Shown here: piece by piece, positions 19,800-28,381 of the stretch | Layout: each line of letters starts with the position of its first letter | Numbering within the stretch: position 1 is the first letter of the stretch | NCBI GenBank assembly: GCA_964354285.1 | Contig: CAYGYR010000001.1 | Location: 262,424-326,423 of the forward strand | Origin: an uncultured Methanosarcinales archaeon | GTDB lineage: Archaea; Nanobdellota; Nanobdellia; Woesearchaeales; ARS49 | Length of the DNA stretch: 64,000 nucleotides | Direction of reading: 5' to 3' | The notes under the pieces: generated by a model | The model's database searches: none | What the model was told of the DNA's origin: nothing | The model's input: the letters and a program-made list of their open reading frames with translations, nothing else | Program-made: the position numbers and the translations under genes

Positions 19800-22526
19800 T
19801 TATCTGCAAATAAATGCACTATCTCCCAGACTGTAATAATCACCTGAATCAACACACCTAAAGCCATCCCAGCACTGGTCATCGCTGCAGCAGCCTGTTG
19901 TTGATAGCACAGTAATTCCATAATCCAAAGGATCCCAGATTATGCTTTTTGAAACAGTCGCGTCTGCATCATTTGTGTAAAGCCAGACACCGCCAGGGCC
20001 GCAGACAGAATGATTGCCAGGGCCTGCTGCATCAAGCTTTATGTTAGAGCATGTTGCTGGAAGATTTGAAACTAAAGCAGTGTTTGTATGAGTATCTTTA
20101 AGCGCAAGGAAAGGCGAATTTGCGGGAAGAGCACATCCGAAAAAAGCTCCTTGATAGTTCAATATTTTAGGGGTCAAGAGGTGCCCTCTTTCAACAAAGG
20201 TTTTGTTCCAGCACCCGCCAAGAGCAAGGATTGGCTGCGCGGTTATTATTTTCCAGCGATACCTGCAAGGGTCTCCTGACTCGCCAATGTTAAGTATCTT
20301 TATGGTCTTGCTTTCCCATGGAGCAATATCAACAATGTCTGTGCTTAATTTAGGGCAGGCGCCTATGTCTGATGCTGATTCTGCAGAATATGTCTCGACA
20401 GCAAGCCTTGCAAGCCCGCTTATTGTAACATAATGGCCAAGATTGCTCAAAGTGATTTGCGCTGATTCAACCTGAGCACCTGCATGCCACGCAGTTGTCT
20501 TGCCTTGAGGATATTTTGCAAGGTCTGCCCTTGGAGAATCATGCTCATTGTAATATTCTGTGGGGATGTCATCCATCTCTGAGCAGCACATTGTGCCAGT
20601 CCAGTGAAATCCTGCCTTGTTGCATGAGCTCAGGTCTTTAATATCAAGGTCTGCTGTCCAGTCACCGTCTGCTGCGCAGTATTGATTTGCAACAGTTGTG
20701 CTTGGCTGAGCCTGGCAGTAGCTTGATGGATTTTTTGCATGCAGAGTAACAAGAGAGTGCCGTAAAACCTTGCCGTAAATTGCAACCTCATCAATATCAC
20801 CAATGAAGTTTCCGCCAATAATTATTGGCTGGCTAGACCAGGAGATATTTCCTGTAGTAACATCTTCAATAGGAACCCCGTCAAGATAAAGTTTTGCAAC
20901 ACTGCCGTCATAAGTCAAAGCCACATGATGCCAGAGATTTGGAACAACGTTTCTCGAGCCAAAATCAAGCATGCCTGCTCCTGTGTTTACTGCGCCCACA
21001 AGCAGCCCTGCGTCCATTGCAATCTTGAAAGTGCTTCCTTTCTCAATTATTTTTCTCACACCAGATGTCTCTGTCGGCCTGATCCACGCCTCAACTGAGA
21101 ACTCATTTCCGGCAGCCAAACTACCAGATGCCTCAACCCTGTCAGTGCCATCAAAAGAAAGAGCGCCACTTACTTTGCCTGTTGATGCTGTTGCGCCAAA
21201 GTTGTTTCCATTAAAAATTCCTTTTGTGTCTTTTGCAGTGCCATCATCAAAAGTCCAGTAAGAAAGAATATTTGGAGGGCACCCACCTGAGCCAAGAAGC
21301 TCAAATGTTGTTACGCCTGTTTCTGCAACAATATCCTGGTCATATGTATATGATGCAATGTCACCTGCGCATTCAAAAATCTCCCCGCTTGAACAGATGT
21401 ATTCGTGAGTGCCGAGGGTTCCTGAAATATTTGCGCTAGTGAATATATTATAATAACCTGTTGAGTCGGGCCATGGCGATGAGAAATCAAGCTTTCTCTG
21501 AATCCCTCCTGCCATAACTAATGTGTCTGAAACTCCCTGCACAGACTGCCCTTTGCAGCCATAGAAACCTCCGCGCCTATCAGAAACCAAACTTACACCT
21601 GGGCATGCAAGAAGCTCATGAATATTACCATAATCATCATTAAGAGGCACCCACTGCCATCTACCATCAAGGGTTTTTCCGCAGAATGCATTTAAATTAT
21701 CATGATATGTGCAGTTAACTGCTTCAAGATTCGTTGCTGCATAAATTGCACTAGGGTCTTCTCCGCAACATACGCCCTTATACCAGTCTGCGCCTGCATT
21801 AAAGCATGGTTCTGCCTGCTTGTAATCACACTCGCCATTTGCATCAACATCAACACACACATTCAAATAGTCATCTGCTGCAGGATCAAGCAGTTCTTTC
21901 TGAGCATTATACTCCTCTCCTTCCTTGCCAATCCAGCCCATAACCTTCTGAGTGCTCAACCCAAAATAGACAGTCTCTCCTGCAGGAGGAAGCTTGTCAC
22001 CCATTAAGTCATAGATTGAGCCAATTGATTTAACACGGTCTTCCTTGAAAACAGAACCGAGGCCAGAGATATCTATGTCAACATAATTCACCCAGATATT
22101 ACCATGAAAATAACAATCATATTCACCAGACCAATCACAGCTCCCTCCAAAAATGGCCTTGTCAGTAATACCAATAATAGGATCAGGGCCTTTAGCAGGG
22201 TCAGACCATCCTCGAGCATAATTGCCTGTTTTATAGTAAGCAGTTTGGGCATCCTTATAAAAAAGCTGCACTTGAGTCCTAACATGACATCGATTTTGGG
22301 ATGCACCCCCATTAGATGCAGTTGAGACTCCAATCACAGGCGCAGGAAGGTTCCTAATATTCTCGCACTCAACCTTAAAACAAGAATCTCTCTCTGTGAA
22401 TATAGACTTTCCGCAAGAATCCTCTGTTGCACTATTGCCAAGGGCCCACTCAAAATCAACAGCAATAGCACTGCTTGATAACAGAATTAACCCTAAAACT
22501 ATCAAAAGTGCCTTTTTGCTTCCCAT
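19800..22526 (-). CDS. Secreted 908-aa cysteine-rich protein with a LamG/ConA-like lectin domain.
   Basis: The signal peptide is MGSKKALLIVLGLILLSSSAIAVD. The region aa ~420-590 (SGALSFDGTDRVEA...NLWHHVALTYDGSVAKLYLDGV...GDIDEVAIYGKVL) matches the LamG jelly-roll signature. Confidence 0.7.
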   Translation of the reverse strand: MGSKKALLIVLGLILLSSSAIAVDFEWALGNSATEDSCGKSIFTERDSCFKVECENIRNLPAPVIGVSTASNGGASQNRCHVRTQVQLFYKDAQTAYYKTGNYARGWSDPAKGPDPIIGITDKAIFGGSCDWSGEYDCYFHGNIWVNYVDIDISGLGSVFKEDRVKSIGSIYDLMGDKLPPAGETVYFGLSTQKVMGWIGKEGEEYNAQKELLDPAADDYLNVCVDVDANGECDYKQAEPCFNAGADWYKGVCCGEDPSAIYAATNLEAVNCTYHDNLNAFCGKTLDGRWQWVPLNDDYGNIHELLACPGVSLVSDRRGGFYGCKGQSVQGVSDTLVMAGGIQRKLDFSSPWPDSTGYYNIFTSANISGTLGTHEYICSSGEIFECAGDIASYTYDQDIVAETGVTTFELLGSGGCPPNILSYWTFDDGTAKDTKGIFNGNNFGATASTGKVSGALSFDGTDRVEASGSLAAGNEFSVEAWIRPTETSGVRKIIEKGSTFKIAMDAGLLVGAVNTGAGMLDFGSRNVVPNLWHHVALTYDGSVAKLYLDGVPIEDVTTGNISWSSQPIIIGGNFIGDIDEVAIYGKVLRHSLVTLHAKNPSSYCQAQPSTTVANQYCAADGDWTADLDIKDLSSCNKAGFHWTGTMCCSEMDDIPTEYYNEHDSPRADLAKYPQGKTTAWHAGAQVESAQITLSNLGHYVTISGLARLAVETYSAESASDIGACPKLSTDIVDIAPWESKTIKILNIGESGDPCRYRWKIITAQPILALGGCWNKTFVERGHLLTPKILNYQGAFFGCALPANSPFLALKDTHTNTALVSNLPATCSNIKLDAAGPGNHSVCGPGGVWLYTNDADATVSKSIIWDPLDYGITVLSTTGCCSDDQCWDGFRCVDSGDYYSLGDSAFICR

Positions 22527-22629
22527 ATAAACCCTCTTTTTAGAAGATAATCCTATATTTCATATTTAAACCTTTTGCATATATCATAGGCGGACACGAC
22601 TGCATTTAATTTTACTTCGGCGGATGAAG

Positions 22630-22656
22630 AAAGTTTTAAATAGTTTATAAAAAGCA
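22630..22656 (+). promoter_or_regulatory. Archaeal TATA-box-like element (ttttaaatagtttataaaaag) about 25-35 bp upstream of the 22678 ATG. A divergent TATA-like element for the minus-strand surface operon lies at about 22563-22580.
   Basis: It is an AT-rich TTTATAAAA motif in a divergent intergenic region. Confidence 0.35.
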
Positions 22657-22677
22657 GAATCATAAAAAGAGGTAAAA

Positions 22678-23232
22678 ATGACAGATATTGGTTCTTCAAA
22701 GGAAGATTACAAAAAATACTTTTTCATGAGCGCAGTAAGCCTTATTGTGGTTATTGCAATTATTGCGGCGGTCTATTTTATTGCACTACAGCCAGAATAT
22801 ACACAATATTATAACGAGTATCTAAAGGAATGCACAGAACAAAACAAAGAGTTGTATCTTCTTCTGATGGCACAGAGAACAGGTGATGAAAAATACTGTG
22901 AAGAAAAACAAGTCCTCAAAAACAAATGCCTGGCTTACGCAAGAAAGAATCCTGATTTATACTGTAATGAACTGGCTGGAACAACTAAAGAAAGCTGCCG
23001 TGCCGAAGTGCTGCAGGATGCATCAATATGCCCAAAAGATGATATCTGGTGCTTAGCGTATGCTTCAGGAGACCCGCGAGTCTGCGATAGATTAGACAAA
23101 CAAGATACTGAGGAATGCAAAAAAGCATTTCCAAATAATGCAGAATATTGGGTTTCTAATGCTGCAGATGCGGAGTGCAAACAAATGGCAACAGCTGCTG
23201 CAGAAAGTATGGCCAAATTAAGGCCATACTAA
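22678..23232 (+). CDS. Membrane-anchored Cys-rich small protein, function unknown.
   Basis: It has a TM helix (FFMSAVSLIVVIAIIAAVYFIAL) followed by a domain with paired cysteines. Confidence 0.4.
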   Translation: MTDIGSSKEDYKKYFFMSAVSLIVVIAIIAAVYFIALQPEYTQYYNEYLKECTEQNKELYLLLMAQRTGDEKYCEEKQVLKNKCLAYARKNPDLYCNELAGTTKESCRAEVLQDASICPKDDIWCLAYASGDPRVCDRLDKQDTEECKKAFPNNAEYWVSNAADAECKQMATAAAESMAKLRPY

Positions 23233-23814
23233 TCCATCACTTGCTTCCTTCTGGTGCATCCCTATCGTAACAAAGAATGAAATTAAATCTTGCGGTGAGC
23301 GCATATCATAAGGATTTCTTGCAAAAGAAGCAATAACCACTTTGTTCTTGTATTTCCTGCAAAGAGAGATGTTCTGCTGCATCCTGCCGATTATCTGGGC
23401 TCTGAGCATTCCAGAGCAATTAAGCACAGAGCTGAATGAAAAGCCAATTCCTACATTGTTCTTTTTTGCCAACGTGCAGAGAACGTGATTAAGGCCAGAT
23501 GCTCTCTGATGAATATAATCATGCTTTTGCGCTTCCTCAAGCTCAAAAATAAAGTCCGGCCTTGATTTCTCAAAAGCAAACCTGTCATCACCTGTGCTCT
23601 TGACAAAAACAGGCACTAAGTTCTGCTTTGCCTGCTGGATTTTCTTCTGGTCAGAAATAAGGGCGCAGATTACCTTGGTTTTTGCGCCAAGCTTTGCAGC
23701 ATCAGCAAACCCTGCTTTTGAAGGATAAACAAAAACCAAGCTATCATAACCAAGTTTTTCCGCTACCTCAACAAACTCTTTCTCATTCCTGTCAGGAAAT
23801 ACAATATCAATCAC
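23218..23814 (-). CDS. rnp3: RNase P protein component 3 (Rpp30/Rnp3).
   Basis: The motifs GLNHVLCTLAKKNNVGIGFSFSSVL and SFARNPYDMRSPQDLISFFVTIGM match the archaeal Rpp30 motifs GIDHVLAKL..NVALGFSL and RYPRDLISLGVVIGM, which I recall from Pyrococcus. The length is about 200 aa. Confidence 0.75.
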   Translation of the reverse strand: MIDIVFPDRNEKEFVEVAEKLGYDSLVFVYPSKAGFADAAKLGAKTKVICALISDQKKIQQAKQNLVPVFVKSTGDDRFAFEKSRPDFIFELEEAQKHDYIHQRASGLNHVLCTLAKKNNVGIGFSFSSVLNCSGMLRAQIIGRMQQNISLCRKYKNKVVIASFARNPYDMRSPQDLISFFVTIGMHQKEASDGLVWP

Positions 23815-23867
23815 AGGTTTGTCTTATTGAGATAGTTATTTAAATCTTGCCATTTAAATAGCCTACT

Positions 23868-24560
23868 ATGGAAGAAAGAGTACAGAAAATAATGTCAGCA
23901 GCAGGAATTGCGGCCAGAAGAAAATGCGAGGAGCTCATATTTCAGGGCGCAGTAAAGGTAAATGGGATAACAATAAAACTTGGAGAAAAGGCAGACCCTG
24001 AACAAGACATAATAACAGTCCGGGACAGGATAATCCAGCCAGAGAAAAAAGTCTATCTGGCACTTAACAAGCCAAGAGGATACGTCACAAGCCTTTCAGA
24101 GCCGGGAAAAAGGACGATAAAAGAGCTGATAAAAATCCCCCAGAAAGTTTTCCCTGTCGGAAGATTAGACATGGATGCAGAGGGGCTGTTGATTTTAACA
24201 AACGACGGAGAGCTTGCCAACAGGATAGCTCACCCAAGATTCATGACTTACAAGACATATCAGGTTGAGCTTGACAGGATATTTATGGACTTCGGGCGGC
24301 TGACAAGAGGGATAACAATTGAGGGAAGGCGCGTGAAAATAAAATATTACAGGCCACTAAAAAGAGGCGTTGAGATAACAATACATGAGGGAAGAAAGCA
24401 CGTGGTCAAGAAAATCTTTGAAAAGATGGGGTACCACGTAAAGAGATTAACCAGAACCCAGATTGCAAACATAAGATTAGGCAGCTTAGGCTTGGGAAAA
24501 GCAAGAGCTCTTTCAAGAGAGGAGCTAAATGGCCTGAGAGCCCTTGTTCATGTGAGATAA
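23868..24560 (+). CDS. Pseudouridine synthase of the RsuA/RluB family with an N-terminal S4 domain.
   Basis: The S4-like N-terminus reads RVQKIMSAAGIAARRKCEELIFQGAVKVNG. The catalytic-core motif is FPVGRLDMDAEGLLILTNDGELA. Confidence 0.8.
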   Translation: MEERVQKIMSAAGIAARRKCEELIFQGAVKVNGITIKLGEKADPEQDIITVRDRIIQPEKKVYLALNKPRGYVTSLSEPGKRTIKELIKIPQKVFPVGRLDMDAEGLLILTNDGELANRIAHPRFMTYKTYQVELDRIFMDFGRLTRGITIEGRRVKIKYYRPLKRGVEITIHEGRKHVVKKIFEKMGYHVKRLTRTQIANIRLGSLGLGKARALSREELNGLRALVHVR

Positions 24561-25400
24561 AATCTGGCAGGCCCGGCATACCGCATCCTTGCTCGGCTCC
24601 CCGCATTCTGTGCAAAGATTCAGTTCTTTATTTGTAACAAATTTCTTCCTCAGTTTTGGAAGCTGCTTCAAGAAATATTTCACAATATTTATCTTGACAT
24701 TTGGATTAATCTGCTCATATTCATTCAATAAATTCCTGATGTAATTCCTGTAAGCGTCATGCGCGCAGGGGCATCTGCCATATTTTACTGGAAAGCCCAT
24801 TATTTTTGAGTATCGCGCAACATCTGACTCCTTAACAAGATACAATGGCTTTATTCGCGGAACAAAATTTTTATCACGGATAATGCCTGGCATTGGGCCA
24901 AGGCGCGCATTCATCTCCTGCTTGTTCTTCAAAAGATTCATCAGGTAAGCCTGAGCCTCGTCATCTGCATTATGGCCTGTCACAACCTTTGTCGCCCCGA
25001 TTTTTCTTACAAACTTGTTTATTAGATATCTTCTTAGAACCCCGCATACAGCACATGAGCGCATGTCAACCCCTTTCTGCTTAAGCAGGGACTGGATGTA
25101 GCATAAAGAGTAGCCAAACTTCTGCCTGAAAGAGATAACATGAAGCTTTATCTTCTGCTCTTTGCAGAATTTTTTTATGCTCTCAAGATTCTGCTTTGTG
25201 TAGTTTCCAATAAGGACGTCGACAGTCACTGCCTCAAGGGCATAGCCAAACTTTTTCAGCAGGTGCAGAACCGTTGTGCTGTCCTTGCCCCCAGAGACTG
25301 CAACAAGAACTTTATCCTTAGGGCTAATCAAATTAAATTTCTTTATCATGCCCTTCACTTTTTTCTCAAAGGATTCAACAAACTTTTTGTCTGAAAGCAT
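24525..25400 (-). CDS. PP-loop ATPase of the TtuA/Ncs6/TtcA family, a tRNA thiolation enzyme.
   Basis: It has an SGGKDS PP-loop (AVSGGKDSTT). An internal CAVCG and a C-terminal CTECGx9CRAC zinc/Fe-S motif are present. Confidence 0.7.
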   Translation of the reverse strand: MLSDKKFVESFEKKVKGMIKKFNLISPKDKVLVAVSGGKDSTTVLHLLKKFGYALEAVTVDVLIGNYTKQNLESIKKFCKEQKIKLHVISFRQKFGYSLCYIQSLLKQKGVDMRSCAVCGVLRRYLINKFVRKIGATKVVTGHNADDEAQAYLMNLLKNKQEMNARLGPMPGIIRDKNFVPRIKPLYLVKESDVARYSKIMGFPVKYGRCPCAHDAYRNYIRNLLNEYEQINPNVKINIVKYFLKQLPKLRKKFVTNKELNLCTECGEPSKDAVCRACQILSHMNKGSQAI

Positions 25401-26220
25401 CTAGTTCTTCCTCAATTTCTTTTGATTCATACGCAATCAATGGCCTCAAAACTTTTGTCTCGAGCTTGAATTCGCGCAATTTGTCAATAGTGTCATTGAC
25501 TGCAATAGCTTTTGCTTTTGTCTCCTTGGCAAGAGCATCAATCTCTGAAAAATCTTTTATTATTTTAAGCTCGAGCTTCTCACCAAAAAAATAGCCCTGA
25601 AGTAAAGTAATATCTCTTGTTTTAAACGCCACAGGAATTACGCTGCAGCCGCGCTTCATCATCTGCAGGCTAGCAAGCAAAGAACTGTCATCTTCGAGAA
25701 GAACAAGTATTTTTCCCTCAATGCCTACTGGAAGGCCTCCAAGGCCTTTTGTTTTCTCAGCAAAAAGATACACGAAACCCTGAATAATCTCTGCAGGGAT
25801 ATTAACATTAAAATCTTTCATCTTGACTTTAGCATTGGTTTTTTCCTGGATGAAAGCGCCAAGCTCAATCTCAAACTGCTGCGATGTTAATGGAAATGTT
25901 TTATCAATGCGCTGGCATGTCACCCTGAATGATTTTTCAGGCGTGATTTCTTTTGTAAACTCCAAAGATGCTTTTTTGATTTCGTCCAAGTTAAACCCGA
26001 CATTTATTGCGTGCGAGAAAGAAGCAATCCCGAAAACACACTGCAGGCATTTGCAGGGGTCATTTGCTGCAATCATAATCCTGCCATAAGGCCTTGTGAT
26101 GCTTTTGTAAGCTATCCTGTGAGCATCAAGGCAGGCTTTAATGTTTTTAACCAGAGTTTTCTCGAAGAACGAGCGGTTATTCCCTTTTAACCCGATTTCT
26201 GCATAGCGGACTATAATCAT
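25375..26220 (-). CDS. thiI: ThiI-like THUMP-domain protein with a degenerate PP-loop.
   Basis: MIIVRYAEIGLKGNNRSFFEKTLVKNIK is the canonical ThiI N-terminus. At 281 aa the protein is short. ILVLLEDDSS sits where the SGGxDS PP-loop would be. Confidence 0.55.
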   Translation of the reverse strand: MIIVRYAEIGLKGNNRSFFEKTLVKNIKACLDAHRIAYKSITRPYGRIMIAANDPCKCLQCVFGIASFSHAINVGFNLDEIKKASLEFTKEITPEKSFRVTCQRIDKTFPLTSQQFEIELGAFIQEKTNAKVKMKDFNVNIPAEIIQGFVYLFAEKTKGLGGLPVGIEGKILVLLEDDSSLLASLQMMKRGCSVIPVAFKTRDITLLQGYFFGEKLELKIIKDFSEIDALAKETKAKAIAVNDTIDKLREFKLETKVLRPLIAYESKEIEEELDAFRQKVC

Positions 26221-26585
26221 TTTTTCTTTTTCTTATAATCCTCAATTGCCTTGTGCAGAGCCTCGACTGCAAGAAGAGAACAATGAATCTTTATTGGAGG
26301 AAGACCTTCAAGAGCATCAACAATATTGTCTTTTGTCAGCTTTGATGCCTCATCAATTGTTTTTCCTTTAGCAAGCTCTGTAATCATAGAACTTGCTGCG
26401 ATGGCTGCTGCGCATCCCATTGTCTCAAACTTTATGTCAACAATCTTGTCATCTTTAACAGCGATATATAGATGCATGACATCACCGCAGGCGCGATTTC
26501 CGACAGTACCGATGCCGTCTGCGCCCTCAATCTTGCCGACATTTTTCGGATTCTTAAAATGCTCAAGTACTTTTTTGCTGTACAT
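26217..26585 (-). CDS. iscU: Fe-S cluster scaffold protein IscU/NifU.
   Basis: It has GNRACGDVMHLYI...ETMGCAAAIASS...IHCSLLAVEAL. I chose the start at MYSKKVLEHF. Confidence 0.85.
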   Translation of the reverse strand: MYSKKVLEHFKNPKNVGKIEGADGIGTVGNRACGDVMHLYIAVKDDKIVDIKFETMGCAAAIAASSMITELAKGKTIDEASKLTKDNIVDALEGLPPIKIHCSLLAVEALHKAIEDYKKKKK

Positions 26586-26586
26586 C

Positions 26587-27747
26587 TTACTTGTGTGCCT
26601 CGCTTTTTTGCTTGAATGGGGACATTGCCCGCAGCTTTTCAACAACTTCATTAACTGCCTTGATTGTGTAATCAATCTCTTCTTCTGTAGTGTATTTGCT
26701 CAATGAGAATCTTATGCTTCCGTGGCTCTGCTCTGGCTTCAAGCCGAGAGAAAGAAGAACATGGCTTGGCTCAAGCTTATGCGACGTGCAAGCAGAGCCT
26801 GTTGAGACAGCAATTCCCTTGTCATCAAGGCTCAAAAGCAAAGCCTCCCCCTCAATGTACTCAAAAGAAACATTAGCATTATTGCACAGCCTGTTTTCTC
26901 TAGAACCGTTGAGCCTTGTTCCTGGAATTTTCAGCAGCTCGCTGATTAATCTGTCTCTGAGCTTTGCCATTTTTTCAATATCTTTCTGTGCGACAAGCTC
27001 GGCGGCTTTTGCAAAGCCGACAGCGCCTGCAACATTCTCTGTTCCTGGCCTTATGCCCAACTCCTGGGCACCACCATCAAAAAGCTTCTGGGGCTTTGTT
27101 CCCTTCCTAATATATAGTGCACCTATTCCTTTTGGCCCATGGAACTTGTGGGCAGAGATTGAAGCAAGATCAATATTTATCTTCTTAACATCAATCTGAA
27201 CTTTAGCGAAGGACTGCACGATATCTGAATGGAACAAGACATTTTTTTCCTTGCAAATCTTCCCTATCTTGTCAATCTGCTGTATTGTCCCTATCTCGTT
27301 GTTTGCATGCATTATTGTGGCAAGAATTGTCTCTTTCTTGATTGCTTTCTTCAGGTCATCAAGCTTCACAAAGCCGTCTTTATCAACGCCAACATAAGTA
27401 ACAGCAAATCCTTCTTTCTCTAAAGCCTGGCAGGCGTGAAGAACTGCATGGTGCTCAAAAGCAGAGGTGATGATATGATTTCCCTTACTTTTCAAAGCAC
27501 GAGCAACTCCTTTAATTGCAAGATTATTGCTCTCTGTCCCGCCGCTTGTAAAGATTATTTCATCAGGATCTGCATTGATTATCTTAGCTATTTTTTCTCT
27601 TGCGCTTTCAAGAGCCTCTTTTGCGCTCTCACCAAAAGAATGGATGCTTGATGCGTTCCCATAAATCTCTATAAAGAAAGGCTTCATAGCCTCAACTACC
27701 TCAGGAGATGTTTTTGTTGTGGCTGCATTATCCAGATATATTTTCAT
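26587..27747 (-). CDS. iscS: Cysteine desulfurase IscS/NifS, a class V aminotransferase.
   Basis: It has a PLP-lysine motif (SAHKFHGPKGIGALY). The active-site Cys region is SGSACTS. Confidence 0.9.
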   Translation of the reverse strand: MKIYLDNAATTKTSPEVVEAMKPFFIEIYGNASSIHSFGESAKEALESAREKIAKIINADPDEIIFTSGGTESNNLAIKGVARALKSKGNHIITSAFEHHAVLHACQALEKEGFAVTYVGVDKDGFVKLDDLKKAIKKETILATIMHANNEIGTIQQIDKIGKICKEKNVLFHSDIVQSFAKVQIDVKKINIDLASISAHKFHGPKGIGALYIRKGTKPQKLFDGGAQELGIRPGTENVAGAVGFAKAAELVAQKDIEKMAKLRDRLISELLKIPGTRLNGSRENRLCNNANVSFEYIEGEALLLSLDDKGIAVSTGSACTSHKLEPSHVLLSLGLKPEQSHGSIRFSLSKYTTEEEIDYTIKAVNEVVEKLRAMSPFKQKSEAHK

Positions 27748-27829
27748 TGACGAAAATAACTGTATGGAGATTTATAAACCTTTTGCAAGTTTAATGCCGC
27801 ACGTTCGCGCGACATCGTGAATGCGAGAC

Positions 27830-28018
27830 CTCAGAAAACTTTGTTTTCTGATGGTGCTCGGAAACTTTACAAGTTTCCGACAGAAGAGTAAAACCTCTGT
27901 TTTGCAAAGCAAAACAGCCAATAAATTGCTTCTCAAGCACGAACGAGGAGCGCATTTTGATCAAACCTGCGCCGAACAGGGTTCGGCGTGGTCTCAAAGA
28001 GTGTTGCTCTTTGAAACT
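27830..28018. other. Cluster of five consecutive perfect hairpins with 7-9 bp stems and 3-5 nt loops in the iscS / rpl34e divergent intergenic region. It is a candidate structured RNA or an operator array.
   Basis: The hairpins are tcagaaaac/gttttctga (27832), cggaaact/agtttccg (27859), ctgttttgc/gcaaaacag (27896), cgccgaac/gttcggcg (27970) and caaagag/ctctttg (27996). Confidence 0.4.
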
Positions 28019-28070
28019 TTCCCAAAGTTTGTACGCAAGCTTTTTAAATGGCTCATTATTCTTTGCAGGT

Positions 28071-28343
28071 ATGGTCGAAGGCAAAAAGAAATCACGAACT
28101 TTCAGAAGGGTTTACGTGAAGACCCCTGGAGGAAAGACTGTACTGCACTATAGAAGGCGAAAGCCTGCCAAAGCACAGTGCGGCAACTGCGGGGCATTGC
28201 TAAAAGGAGTTCCGCAAGCAAGAGTGTACAAGATGAGAAACATGCCCAAGACCATGAAGAGGCCAGAGAGGCCATACGGCGGAGTGCTTTGCACAAGATG
28301 CATGCGCGCCAAGATTATTCAGAAAGCAAGAATCTCCTCGTAG
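28071..28343 (+). CDS. rpl34e: Ribosomal protein L34e.
   Basis: MVEGKKKSRTFRRVYVKTPGGKTVLHYRRRKPAKAQCGNCGALLKGV is the L34e signature with its zinc ribbon. I took the start at the internal Met. Confidence 0.8.
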   Translation: MVEGKKKSRTFRRVYVKTPGGKTVLHYRRRKPAKAQCGNCGALLKGVPQARVYKMRNMPKTMKRPERPYGGVLCTRCMRAKIIQKARISS

Positions 28344-28381
28344 TTTAAGGCGACTACTACGCGAGGTTTCGGAGGTTAAAA

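Noticed and set aside
27791-28153. Two overlapping short ORFs (97 aa on the minus strand, 110 aa on the plus strand) in the iscS / rpl34e intergenic region.
   Set aside because: The region is dominated by perfect hairpins. The translations are Arg/Phe-rich with no recognisable fold, so this is more likely non-coding regulatory RNA or DNA.
27957-28343. Longer 128-aa version of the L34e ORF starting at MIKPAPNRV.
   Set aside because: The N-terminal 38 residues overlap the hairpin cluster and do not resemble L34e. The internal Met at 28071 gives the canonical L34e N-terminus.
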